Below the pieces are notes generated by a model. That model had not been told where the DNA came from and did no database searches. It was given only the letters and a program-made list of their open reading frames with translations. From contig JBDRES010000034.1 of assembly GCA_043819515.1 (NCBI GenBank), positions 3,945 to 67,944 on the forward strand: a stretch of DNA of 64,000 nt, in the 5' to 3' direction. Both the position numbers and the translations under genes were made by a program. This document shows, piece by piece, positions 48,721 to 58,262 of this stretch (position 1 is the first letter of the stretch; each line of letters starts with the position of its first letter). This stretch comes from a bacterium. GTDB lineage: Bacteria; Zixibacteria; MSB-5A5; GN15; FEB-12.

Positions 48721-50253
48721 ATGAAACATCAAAAATACCTTTGGTTGCCGGTGCTACTGCTGCTGCTTGGTGGGGCAGCGGTCGCGCAGCAGGATCCGGA
48801 TCGAGATTATCCGGATGAAGTGTACGTCGATCGGATCAAGGTCGATCGATATCTTGACGCTGAAATCTGGGTCGATCATCTGGACGGGGACTATTACGTT
48901 GGTGAGACGGTGGATCTTAGCTACCGGGTCAATCGTGATGCCTTCGTCGCTATCTATGCCATCGATTCTCGAGGGCGCGTCGACCTGTTGTTCCCGACCT
49001 ATGCCGGTGAAGACAATTTCGTATATGGTGGCGTGACCTATGATTTTCCATCGGAAGAGCACGACTTTGATCTGGTTGTGTCCGGACCGGAAGGTGTCGA
49101 GAATATCCAGATTGTAGCCTCGCGCGAGAGATTCACGATCCCGGATTGGTTCGACGTGTCGGGCTTGGTGTGCGATTGGGATGATCGGTTTGATTTTATG
49201 GATTATGTTAACGCGCATTATTTCGTTCGCTATGACGGCCAGCGCTTTGCCTTCGATCGGACGGCGATGTATGTCAACGAGTGGGAGCCGACTTACTTCC
49301 AGCCGGTCTATCGTCCGTACTATCCGTCATGGACGGTCTGCGGCAACGTTTACATCGACTACCCCTGGGGTGCATCCATATATATCGACGGTGTTTATTG
49401 GGGATGCACGCCGCTCTATATCCCCCGGGTTTATGTCGGTTGGCACACCTTCACAGTGTACGACCGCCACCACCATTGCTGGGAATCGGACCTCCATGTC
49501 ACCAGGTATCACACGGTGGTTCTGGATCATCAGGTGGTCAAACCGGCACCGCAAGTGATGTCGAAATACAAGGAAGTCAGATCGGTCGGGTTTCGCGATC
49601 CGGTGTCCAATGGATACCCGAATTTCAAAGAACGGCAACTGATGGCTACGACTTCCTCGGAAACCTCCATAGGCAAGAGGCACTCCACGGTGGGAACCGG
49701 CCCGGCCTCGAAGATCGAAACCGTCGCCGTCAGCAAGAAGTACGTTCGTGGTTCGAGTGACCTTATCAAAACCGGTCGCGGCTATGAGACGGCTGGCGTC
49801 GTCACGGGAGTCAGCAAGCGTGGCTCGGAGTCATCCGGTGGGGCATCGGTCAACAGCCGAGAGCGTTTGACTTCGCGAAAAAAGAGCAGCTCGGGATCTG
49901 ATGACAGTGGCGCCAAGCGAATCACGACCGGAACGTCGCGGTCCGGTTCGGGCGGCTCCACAGGCAAACGCATCCAGTCGACCGAGGGCACCCGGCCGAA
50001 TTCGACTTCGACGACTAAGTCGACCGGCCAGTACAAAAAGAAATCAGGCAGCGCTACCCCGTCCAAGGGTGACAGTGGCGGCAAGGCAAAGCAGGGCAGC
50101 GTGATAAAGACCACCAAGGTGGAGTCGAAGGGATCGGCGGGCGCGGTCAAGACCACCCAGCCCAAGCAGGGTAACTCCGACGCCGGGAGCAAAGCCAAGA
50201 GCGACGGTTCTTCTGGTGGCAAAAAATCCGGCGGCAAGACAAAGGGCAAGTGA
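48721..50253 (+). CDS. Secreted DUF4384 + PEGA-like protein with an S/G/K/T-rich disordered tail
   Basis: YYVGETV...IDSRGRVDLLFP...GPEGVENIQIVAS; GASIYIDGVYWGCTPL; low-complexity C-terminus. Confidence 0.75.
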   Translation: MKHQKYLWLPVLLLLLGGAAVAQQDPDRDYPDEVYVDRIKVDRYLDAEIWVDHLDGDYYVGETVDLSYRVNRDAFVAIYAIDSRGRVDLLFPTYAGEDNFVYGGVTYDFPSEEHDFDLVVSGPEGVENIQIVASRERFTIPDWFDVSGLVCDWDDRFDFMDYVNAHYFVRYDGQRFAFDRTAMYVNEWEPTYFQPVYRPYYPSWTVCGNVYIDYPWGASIYIDGVYWGCTPLYIPRVYVGWHTFTVYDRHHHCWESDLHVTRYHTVVLDHQVVKPAPQVMSKYKEVRSVGFRDPVSNGYPNFKERQLMATTSSETSIGKRHSTVGTGPASKIETVAVSKKYVRGSSDLIKTGRGYETAGVVTGVSKRGSESSGGASVNSRERLTSRKKSSSGSDDSGAKRITTGTSRSGSGGSTGKRIQSTEGTRPNSTSTTKSTGQYKKKSGSATPSKGDSGGKAKQGSVIKTTKVESKGSAGAVKTTQPKQGNSDAGSKAKSDGSSGGKKSGGKTKGK

Positions 50254-50310
50254 TCGACCGGGATTTGTTGGATAAGCCGATAGAATGGTCACGACTTCGG
50301 AGTGTGCGAT

Positions 50311-50646
50311 ATGAAAAAATATCTGGTTGTAATCGCCAGCCTGTTTTGGTTCGCCCTGGTGGTCGGCTCTCCGGCCGCGGTTGATAAGAAGGACAAGAAA
50401 TCGCCGGCCAAGGTTGAGAATAAAGTGGTTGCCAAAAAGGGCGCTGTGGCTGCGAAAAAGATCCCGGCAAAAAAGCCCAACGTGTCACCATCAAAAGTGA
50501 GTAAGCTGTCCGGCAAGAAAGTCGACAGCTTCATCGATAAAAACAAAAACGGTATCGACGATCGCAAGGAACAGTTGGTCGACAAGGCAGACACCACAAA
50601 AGCAGCATCATCTAAAGCCAAAAAGACTGAGCAAAAGAAGAAGTGA
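50311..50646 (+). CDS. Small secreted Lys-rich protein
   Basis: Signal peptide, K/A-rich body, FIDKNKNGIDD loop. Confidence 0.7.
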   Translation: MKKYLVVIASLFWFALVVGSPAAVDKKDKKSPAKVENKVVAKKGAVAAKKIPAKKPNVSPSKVSKLSGKKVDSFIDKNKNGIDDRKEQLVDKADTTKAASSKAKKTEQKKK

Positions 50647-50684
50647 TGCGATAGCCTTATAGCAAAACCACAAGAGTCAATTGT

Positions 50685-50713
50685 ACGCCCGCCGGCATCT
50701 GTCCGGCGGGCGT
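50685..50713 (+). terminator. Terminator hairpin
   Basis: ACGCCCGCCGG-N7-CCGGCGGGCGT. Confidence 0.7.
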
Positions 50714-50827
50714 TCCGTTTGGCATGGTCAGCTTGTGAAAGTGAGTGGTATCACGGCTGCCGGTGGTTGCTATTTACTGCAATTATGCATCTTTTCTACT
50801 TGACTGGCGTTCAATTACAGTAGATTA

Positions 50828-50854
50828 TTAGCAGTCTGACATCGTGGCTGCCAA
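50828..50854 (+). promoter_or_regulatory. CIRCE operator (variant)
   Basis: TTAGCAGTC-N9-GGCTGCCAA versus consensus TTAGCACTC-N9-GAGTGCTAA; directly upstream of hrcA and downstream of TTGACT (50800). Confidence 0.8.
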
Positions 50855-50890
50855 TATGGCAGTTGTGAGTATTTTGTCGAGGATAATGTC

Positions 50891-51937
50891 GTGGCATTTG
50901 AAAACCTAAGCGAACGCGAAAAACAGATCCTGTTGAACCTGATCACGCACTACGTGAAATCGGCTGATCCCGTTGGGTCGAGGGTGATTGCCAGGGAGTT
51001 CAAGATGGGGATCTCTTCGGCGACAGTTCGCAATACCCTGGCGGATCTCGAAGAGCTGGGTTTGGTAGAGCAGCCGCACACCTCGGCCGGTCGCATTCCG
51101 ACCGATTTGGGCTATCGTGTCTACGTCGACTATTTCTTGAAGCCAACCGCCCTGACCCAGCAGGAGAAGGATTTCATCAAACAGAGTCTGCTCAAGGAGG
51201 GGCGTGGTATCAAGGAGATCTTAGGGCAGACCTGTAGAGTCCTCGGTGAAATAACCAACCAATTGGGCATTTCCATGTCGCCCCGATTCGAGGCTGGACG
51301 GCTGAAGCGGCTGGAACTTATCCCGGTTTCAGAGGGTCGCATCATGGCGGTTGTGGTAGTAGCCTCCGGTCTGGCCAGTAGTGTGATCCTCGAGTTGGAA
51401 GTGGCCGTCTCCGACGCAGAGCTGCAGAAGGTCGAACAGGTTCTTAACGAGCGCCTGGTCGGTTTGTCTCTGGGGGAAATCAGAACCAGCGTCTCTGACA
51501 GACTGGCGGACCTTTCCGGGCAGGGACGCCTGGTGAAGTTGCTGATGGACTCCAAGGACCGAATCTGGACCGATCATTCGGCTGACGGCATCAGGGTGGC
51601 AGGACTGGCCAGCCTTTTGGGGCAACCGGAGTTTGCTGATGTTGACAAAGTGTCGTCGCTGGTGCGAATGCTCGAGGAAGGTTCCGTTTTGTCGCAGTTC
51701 CTGGCCGATGCCGAGCAGGCCGGCCTGGTGATTACCATCGGACGTGAGAATAAGTTTGCTGAGATAATGAATTGCTCCCTGGTTACATCGTCATACAAGG
51801 TTGGAAATATCTCCGGGACAATCGGTGTGGTAGGGCCGACGCGCATGCCCTACAATCGTCTGGCTTCAGTGGTTCAGTATACGGCGCGAACGATTACCGA
51901 TGTCCTGTCGCAGATGGAGGGCAGGAAGGACGAATAA
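50891..51937 (+). CDS. hrcA: Heat-inducible transcription repressor HrcA
   Basis: PVGSR, SSATVRN, QPHTSAGRIPTDLGYR and GVVGPTRMPY motifs. Confidence 0.97.
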   Translation: MAFENLSEREKQILLNLITHYVKSADPVGSRVIAREFKMGISSATVRNTLADLEELGLVEQPHTSAGRIPTDLGYRVYVDYFLKPTALTQQEKDFIKQSLLKEGRGIKEILGQTCRVLGEITNQLGISMSPRFEAGRLKRLELIPVSEGRIMAVVVVASGLASSVILELEVAVSDAELQKVEQVLNERLVGLSLGEIRTSVSDRLADLSGQGRLVKLLMDSKDRIWTDHSADGIRVAGLASLLGQPEFADVDKVSSLVRMLEEGSVLSQFLADAEQAGLVITIGRENKFAEIMNCSLVTSSYKVGNISGTIGVVGPTRMPYNRLASVVQYTARTITDVLSQMEGRKDE

Positions 51938-51940
51938 GCA

Positions 51941-52615
51941 ATGGCCGCCAAGAAGGAAATCAAGATAAACGTCGAGCGCGACGAAGCCGAGGATCAGGAT
52001 ACCGCCCGGATTGAACCGCGTACGGACGAATCAGATTCGGCTGAGGATATTCAGGATGTTGGCGATGGAACGAAGGCCGACGGACTCGAAAAATCCAATG
52101 ACAATGTCGAGGGTAGGCCGGTATCATCGGATCCCGATGAGCGGATAGCCGAACTCGAGGATCGCCTGCTCAGGGCTCATGCGGAGTTTGAAAACTATAA
52201 GAAGCGAACCGCCCGGCAATATGAGGATATGGTCAGGGCGGCCGGCAGTCGCCTGCTGATGGAACTGCTGGAGATTGTTGACAGCTTTGAACGTGCTTTT
52301 GAGCATATTGGCAACGAGGCCTCGACCGAATCCTTGCTGGCAGGAATGGAATTGATCCACGGTCAGCTCAAGGGCCTGCTCGACAAAAACCAAGTCACCG
52401 CAATCGAGGCGGTGGGTCAGCCGTTTGATCCCGGACTGCATGAGGCCATTATGCAAATAGATAGTGAGGATCATGCCGAGGGTATAGTGGCTCTTGAGAT
52501 GACTAAGGGTTATCGCCTGGGAGACAAAGTATTACGATTTGCTCAGGTGGCGGTCAGCAAAGGTGCTGCGCGACCTGAAGATAATGGGCCGGAATCCGAA
52601 GACCAGGTCGACTGA
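51941..52615 (+). CDS. grpE: Nucleotide exchange factor GrpE
   Basis: AEFENYKKR, FDPGLHEA and KGYRLGDKVLR motifs. Confidence 0.96.
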   Translation: MAAKKEIKINVERDEAEDQDTARIEPRTDESDSAEDIQDVGDGTKADGLEKSNDNVEGRPVSSDPDERIAELEDRLLRAHAEFENYKKRTARQYEDMVRAAGSRLLMELLEIVDSFERAFEHIGNEASTESLLAGMELIHGQLKGLLDKNQVTAIEAVGQPFDPGLHEAIMQIDSEDHAEGIVALEMTKGYRLGDKVLRFAQVAVSKGAARPEDNGPESEDQVD

Positions 52616-52677
52616 GTCCGTGACAAGGCTTCAAAGATAGAGAATAGTGGATTCGTTACAATAAGGAGTGGATCACC

Positions 52678-54606
52678 ATGGGCAAGATCATCGGTATTGA
52701 TCTGGGCACCACCAACTCGTGCGTGGCTGTATTGGAAGGACAAGATGCGGTCGTCATCCCCAATCAGGAAGGGGCTCGGACGACACCATCGATAGTGGCC
52801 TTTGCCAAGGACGGCGAGCGCCTGGTTGGCGCCGCTGCCAAACGTCAGGCAGTAACCAACCCTGAGAACACGGTCTTCTCGATCAAGCGCTTTATGGGTC
52901 GTCGCCACGACGAGGTCGGCAGTGAAGAAAAGATGGTGTCGTACAAAGTTCTGGCCAACGACAAGGGTAATGTTGAAGTCGAGGCCGGCGGCAAGCGGCA
53001 TTCACCGCCCGAGATATCGGCCATGGTCCTGAACTATCTCAAGCAGGCGGCCGAGAACTACCTCGGGCAGAGTGTGACTCAGGCAGTCATTACCGTGCCG
53101 GCTTACTTCAATGATGCTCAGCGCCAGGCCACCAAGGATGCCGGCAAGATCGCCGGACTGGAAGTCCTGCGCATAATCAACGAGCCGACCGCCGCTTCAT
53201 TGGCATACGGTCTGCAGAAGAAAGCCAATGAGAAGATTGCGGTTTACGATCTGGGTGGCGGCACTTTCGATATTTCCATCCTGGAGATCGGCGACGGTGT
53301 TTTTGAGGTTCTGTCGACCAACGGGGATACTCATCTCGGCGGCGACGATTTTGATCAGGCGATCATCGACTGGATGGCTGATGAATTCAAGAAATCCAAC
53401 GGCATTGATCTGCGCCAGGATCGCATGGCCCTTCAGCGACTGAAAGAAGCTGCCGAGAAAGCCAAGATTGAACTCTCATCGACCATGCAGACTAATGTCA
53501 ACCTGCCGTTTGTCACCGCCGACCAGTCGGGGCCTCGTCATCTGGATCTGACCCTGTCGCGAGCCAAGTACGAGCAACTCACCGACGATCTGATTCAGCG
53601 GACGGTGCAGCCGTGCAAGGCGGCCCTGGCCGATGCCAAGCTCTCGACATCGGACATCGATGAAGTTGTTATGGTGGGTGGTATGACCCGGATGCCAAGG
53701 GTCAACGAGATGGTCAAGGAGTTGTTCGGTCGGGAGCCACACAAGGGCGTCAACCCGGATGAAGTCGTTGCTATCGGTGCCGCCATCCAGGCCGGTGTTC
53801 TGTCCGGCGACATGAAGGATGTGGTGCTGTTGGATGTGACGCCGCTATCGCTGGGCATCGAGACGCTGGGCGGCGTTTTGACCAAGCTCATCGAGCGCAA
53901 TACTACCATTCCCACCAAGAAGGCGCAGATTTTCTCAACTGCCGAAGATAACCAACCGGCCGTGTCGATTCATGTTCTTCAGGGTGAGCGACCGATGGCG
54001 ATCGACAATCGTACTCTGGGCAAGTTTGACTTGGTCGGAATTCCGCCGGCGCCGAGAGGTATGCCTCAGATCGAAGTGGCCTTTGATATCGATGCCAACG
54101 GTATTGTTCATGTCAGCGCCAAGGACAAGGCCACCGGTAAGGAGCAATCGATCAAGATAGAAGTGTCTTCGGGGCTCTCCGACGAAGAAGTCGAAAAAAT
54201 GGTCAAAGACGCCGAAAAGCACGCCGACGAGGACAAGGCGAAGGAAGAATTGATCAAGGCCCGCAACGAGGCGGATCAGTTCATATATGCCAGCGAGAAG
54301 AGCCTCAAGGAACATGGCGACAAAGTAACCGAGGATGTAAAGAAAGACATTCAGGAGAAGATAGATCGGCTGAAGGAAGTCGTCAAGGGCAGCTCGGCCG
54401 AGGAAATCGGCAAGGCCAAAGAGGAACTGACGACCGCCTCGCACAAACTGGCCGAAGAGATGTACAAACAAGCCCAGGCCGAAGCGGCCACTGACCAAGC
54501 CCAGACGGCCGGTGGCAGCCCCGGTGAGGAGTCGGCCGCTGAGCCGTCTGGCGACAGCGGTGCCGTCGATGCCGACTTTGAAGTGGTCGACGACGACAAG
54601 AAGTAA
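52678..54606 (+). CDS. dnaK: Chaperone DnaK
   Basis: [17 protein letters not shown] and DLGGGTFD motifs; C-terminal DADFEVV. Confidence 0.99.
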   Translation: MGKIIGIDLGTTNSCVAVLEGQDAVVIPNQEGARTTPSIVAFAKDGERLVGAAAKRQAVTNPENTVFSIKRFMGRRHDEVGSEEKMVSYKVLANDKGNVEVEAGGKRHSPPEISAMVLNYLKQAAENYLGQSVTQAVITVPAYFNDAQRQATKDAGKIAGLEVLRIINEPTAASLAYGLQKKANEKIAVYDLGGGTFDISILEIGDGVFEVLSTNGDTHLGGDDFDQAIIDWMADEFKKSNGIDLRQDRMALQRLKEAAEKAKIELSSTMQTNVNLPFVTADQSGPRHLDLTLSRAKYEQLTDDLIQRTVQPCKAALADAKLSTSDIDEVVMVGGMTRMPRVNEMVKELFGREPHKGVNPDEVVAIGAAIQAGVLSGDMKDVVLLDVTPLSLGIETLGGVLTKLIERNTTIPTKKAQIFSTAEDNQPAVSIHVLQGERPMAIDNRTLGKFDLVGIPPAPRGMPQIEVAFDIDANGIVHVSAKDKATGKEQSIKIEVSSGLSDEEVEKMVKDAEKHADEDKAKEELIKARNEADQFIYASEKSLKEHGDKVTEDVKKDIQEKIDRLKEVVKGSSAEEIGKAKEELTTASHKLAEEMYKQAQAEAATDQAQTAGGSPGEESAAEPSGDSGAVDADFEVVDDDKK

Positions 54607-54612
54607 GCCCTG

Positions 54613-55770
54613 ATGTCTAAGCGAGACTATTACGAAATACTCGGCGCAGCGCGAACGGCCGGCGATGATGAGATCAAGTCGGCCTATCGCAAGCTGGCTC
54701 TCAAGTATCATCCCGATCGCAATCCGGATGACAAGAGCGCCGAAGACAAGTTCAAAGAGGCCACCGAGGCTTATGAGGTTCTCAAGGATCCGCAGAAGAG
54801 GCGGCAGTACGATCAATTCGGACATGCCGGCATGGGCCAGGGGGGGGGCGGTTTCGGTTTTGGCGCCTTCGACCTGGGTGATGCCATGCGGGCTTTCATG
54901 CGCGACTTTGGTGGTGGCGGGTCTATTTTTGACGAGATGTTTGGGGCCATGGGCGGCGGCGGTCGTGGCGGCCGGAGACGAAACCGCGGCGAGGATCTGC
55001 GCCTTCGCGTGAAGCTGACGCTGGAAGAGATTGCCGAAGGGGTTAAAAAAAAGATAAAAGTCAAGCGTCTCGTCTCCTGCGAGGACTGCGGCGGCTCGGG
55101 TCTGGCGGTGGGGGCCTCGCGACAGACCTGTCATCAGTGTCGCGGTGCCGGTCAGGTGCGCACCATGACTCGTACTTTCCTGGGAACCGTCCAGCAGGTG
55201 ACGACCTGTAATGTCTGTCGGGGAGCCGGTGAGATGATTTCCGAGCCGTGTCCCGCCTGCCGTGGTGAGGGCCGCGTGCAGGGTACGACCACTGTTAGTC
55301 TGACGGTGCCGCCGGGGGTATCGAGCGGCAACTATATGAGTGTCGACGGCATGGGCAATGCCGCTCCCAATAGCGGCCAACCCGGAGATCTGATCGCCGT
55401 CTTTGAAGAGGCACCCCACGATGTTTTCACTCGGCACGGTGAAAACATCATATGCGATTTGCCGATTTCATTCACGACAGCAGTGCTGGGCGGGGATGCC
55501 TTGGTACCGACCTTGGCGGGCGAAGAGACTCTAAGGATACCGCCCGGCACTCAGCCGGGCAAAGTCCTGAAATTGCGCGGCAAGGGAATCCCTCGTTTGC
55601 ATCACAACGGCCGCGGTGATCAACTGGTCAGGATCATTGTTTGGGTTCCGACCAAGCTCAGCGCCGAGGACAAACGGCTGCTTCAGAGCCTAGCGAGTTC
55701 CGAATCATTTGCACATCCAAAGCCGAGCAAGTCGTTTTTCGATAAACTGCGGGAAACACTCGGAGTATAG
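54613..55770 (+). CDS. dnaJ: Chaperone DnaJ
   Basis: HPD J-domain, G/F region and four CxxCxGxG repeats. Confidence 0.98.
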   Translation: MSKRDYYEILGAARTAGDDEIKSAYRKLALKYHPDRNPDDKSAEDKFKEATEAYEVLKDPQKRRQYDQFGHAGMGQGGGGFGFGAFDLGDAMRAFMRDFGGGGSIFDEMFGAMGGGGRGGRRRNRGEDLRLRVKLTLEEIAEGVKKKIKVKRLVSCEDCGGSGLAVGASRQTCHQCRGAGQVRTMTRTFLGTVQQVTTCNVCRGAGEMISEPCPACRGEGRVQGTTTVSLTVPPGVSSGNYMSVDGMGNAAPNSGQPGDLIAVFEEAPHDVFTRHGENIICDLPISFTTAVLGGDALVPTLAGEETLRIPPGTQPGKVLKLRGKGIPRLHHNGRGDQLVRIIVWVPTKLSAEDKRLLQSLASSESFAHPKPSKSFFDKLRETLGV

Positions 55771-55776
55771 CCCACC

Positions 55777-56658
55777 ATGAGTCCGCAGACGGCCCGATAC
55801 ATCGAGTTCCGGCTGGAAGTTCCGAAGGCGGTTGTTGACGCGATCTGCGATTTCATAATCGGCAACATCTGCTCCGGATTGGTTCTTGAGGATGAAGACG
55901 ATAGCCCTGGTACGGTCATATGCTTCTACCTGGCCGAGGGCGAGGCTAGCCAGGTTGATCAGCAGATAAGCAGCTATCTGGCCGCCCTGCCCGAGGATCT
56001 GATGCCGGGCGTTCCCGAATTGACAAGTCGACCCATTGCCCAGGCGGAGTGGGAGGAGCAGTATCGTGATTCCGTCAAGCCGATACGGCCGGCCGACGAT
56101 CTTTTCGTACGCCCTCCCTGGTTCGATCCCGATCCCCGAGCCAAATACGATATTGTGATCGAACCACGCATGGCCTTCGGCACCGGTCATCACGAAACGA
56201 CGCGCTCTTGCCTGCAAGTCGTTCGCGAGCATTTTGCGACCGGTACACGTTTTCTGGATCTCGGCTGCGGTTCCGGGATCTTGTCGATCCTGGCGGCCAA
56301 GATGGGCGCCGCCATTGTCAAGGCCGTCGATTACGATCTTGTTGCGATAGCCAACTGCCGCGAGAATTTTGCTGTGAACGGGATTCAGACACCGGCGGAT
56401 ATTTGCCTGGGCTCGGTCGAGCAGTGTGACGGCGATCTCCCGTACGACTTCGTATGTGCTAATATCATCACGGAGACGATTGTAAGCATGCTGCCGCGGC
56501 TCAAGGGTCTGACGACGGACGGAGGGATTTTGGTTTTGTCCGGAATACTGGATCGGTACCAGGCGCAACTGGAGGCGGCCCTGGCAAGCTGCGACCTGGC
56601 CAATTACGCTGTTCTCTCCGACAACGAGTGGCGGACGTTTACGATCTTCAAGAGGTGA
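55777..56658 (+). CDS. prmA: Ribosomal protein L11 methyltransferase
   Basis: IEPRMAFGTGHHETT, LDLGCGSGILS and LVLSGIL motifs. Confidence 0.95.
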   Translation: MSPQTARYIEFRLEVPKAVVDAICDFIIGNICSGLVLEDEDDSPGTVICFYLAEGEASQVDQQISSYLAALPEDLMPGVPELTSRPIAQAEWEEQYRDSVKPIRPADDLFVRPPWFDPDPRAKYDIVIEPRMAFGTGHHETTRSCLQVVREHFATGTRFLDLGCGSGILSILAAKMGAAIVKAVDYDLVAIANCRENFAVNGIQTPADICLGSVEQCDGDLPYDFVCANIITETIVSMLPRLKGLTTDGGILVLSGILDRYQAQLEAALASCDLANYAVLSDNEWRTFTIFKR

Positions 56659-56662
56659 CCCG

Positions 56663-57406
56663 ATGGAACCAGTGTTGTATGCCCCGCCGGAGCTTTGGCA
56701 AGAGGATCAGGTTACCCTGGCGGCGGACGAGAGTCATCATCTGGTTACCGTTCTGCGTGGACGCATAGGAGAGTTGGTCATTGTCGCCGACGGTGAGGGT
56801 GGCGCCGGCCGCGGCGAAATTGTTTCGCTCCGTCGCTCCGGATGCATCATCCGTCTGATACAACCTTTGCGCAACTTCGGCGAGCCAACGGTTCGACTTA
56901 CCCTGGCAGCCGGACTATCGACCGGTTACAAGTTCGACAGCACGGTCGACAAGGGGACGCAACTTGGTGTCACGCGCTTTGTGCCTCTCATCACGGCCAA
57001 GGCGACGGTCAGATTACCTGACAGCAAACGAGCCCGAACGAGGCAGCGGCGGTTGGAGAAGGTAGCCCTGGCCGCCATGAAGCAGTCGCGCCGCTCGGTC
57101 CTGCCCCAGATAAGCGCCATCATCTCGCTCGAACGCTTTCTCACCGAAGTCGATAGCGACGACGTCAAACTGATCTTTGACGCCGGAGCCTCGCTGCCCG
57201 GCATTGACGCGGTGGCTTGGCCCGAAGCGTCGAAACGGTTTACGGTGCTGGTTGGTCCTGAATCCGGATTTTCATCGGCGGAGGTGGCGGCAGCCCGTGA
57301 GGTTGGGTTTGTGGCTGTTTCGCTCGGACGCCGGATTCTGCGCGCTGAAACGGCCGGCCCGGTTATCTGTGCCCTCTTAATGAACCGTCTGGGCGAGTTG
57401 AGTTAG
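56663..57406 (+). CDS. rsmE: 16S rRNA m3U1498 methyltransferase
   Basis: HHLVTVLR, VGPESGFS and SLGRRILRAETA motifs. Confidence 0.94.
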   Translation: MEPVLYAPPELWQEDQVTLAADESHHLVTVLRGRIGELVIVADGEGGAGRGEIVSLRRSGCIIRLIQPLRNFGEPTVRLTLAAGLSTGYKFDSTVDKGTQLGVTRFVPLITAKATVRLPDSKRARTRQRRLEKVALAAMKQSRRSVLPQISAIISLERFLTEVDSDDVKLIFDAGASLPGIDAVAWPEASKRFTVLVGPESGFSSAEVAAAREVGFVAVSLGRRILRAETAGPVICALLMNRLGELS

Positions 57407-57432
57407 AGGGCTCAGCCGCCGATATATTCTAC

Positions 57433-58215
57433 ATGAATACGATCTACCTTGTTTTTGCCATCGTTTTGGGCCTGGCCGTAGGCTCGTTTCTAAATGTGGT
57501 CATTTTTCGCCTGCCACGCGGGACGATGTTCCGATTTCGGCGTTCGATTTGTCCGCAGTGTGAAAAGCAGTTAGCCTGGTATCACAACCTGCCGTTGGTT
57601 TCATATTTGGTTCTGGGCGGCAAGTGCGCCTTCTGCAAAAAAACCATATCCTGGCGGTATCCTCTGGTCGAGTTACTGAACGCCGGATTTTATGCCCTGG
57701 CGCTTGTCTACTTTGGTTTGGGCTGGACGGCTTTGGCCTACGCCGCCTTGGGCTCGGCTCTCCTGGCGATATTCTTCATCGACCTAGATCACCAGATTAT
57801 CCCCGATTCGATTACGCTGCCGGGCATTGTGGCCGGCTTGGGGGTATCGTTCCTGCCGGACGGCATTGGGATTGTTCAGGCTGGAATCGGCATGTTGGTC
57901 GGCGGTGGCTCGCTTTTGTTGATCGCCCTGCTGGGGGACTGGCTGTTCAAGAAAGAATCCATGGGTGGCGGCGATATCAAGATGGCGGCCATGCTGGGTG
58001 CTTTCTTGGGTTGGCAGAAAGTCCTCTTGGTCTTTATCTGTTCGGCCGCCATTGGTCTTGTTATCTCGGTCGCGATAATGGTCTTTTCTGAAGAGCTCCG
58101 CCGGACGCGCCAGATCCCCTTCGGTCCCTTCTTGGTGCTGGCGGCGGTATTGGCTATCGTCTGCGGCGATCAGATAATCGGATTCTACCAGGTCACCATC
58201 CTGGGCCTTCCATAG
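57433..58215 (+). CDS. pilD: Prepilin peptidase / N-methyltransferase
   Basis: GSFLNVVIFRLP, two CxxC pairs, MGGGDIK and IPFGPFL motifs. Confidence 0.93.
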   Translation: MNTIYLVFAIVLGLAVGSFLNVVIFRLPRGTMFRFRRSICPQCEKQLAWYHNLPLVSYLVLGGKCAFCKKTISWRYPLVELLNAGFYALALVYFGLGWTALAYAALGSALLAIFFIDLDHQIIPDSITLPGIVAGLGVSFLPDGIGIVQAGIGMLVGGGSLLLIALLGDWLFKKESMGGGDIKMAAMLGAFLGWQKVLLVFICSAAIGLVISVAIMVFSEELRRTRQIPFGPFLVLAAVLAIVCGDQIIGFYQVTILGLP

Positions 58216-58262
58216 AACTCCCGCAAAAGTATTCGGGCGAGATTCCGAAGTACCGTATAGGT

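Noticed and set aside
55043..55053. A-AAA-AAG heptamer inside dnaJ
   Set aside because: It encodes a normal KKK stretch in an intact gene and I saw no sign of an alternative product. It shows that the heptamer alone is not proof of recoding.
53935..55437. 500-aa antisense ORF over dnaK/dnaJ, and similar long antisense ORFs over miaA, purD and rny
   Set aside because: Shadow ORFs from GC-rich codon bias opposite conserved genes; no recognisable motifs.
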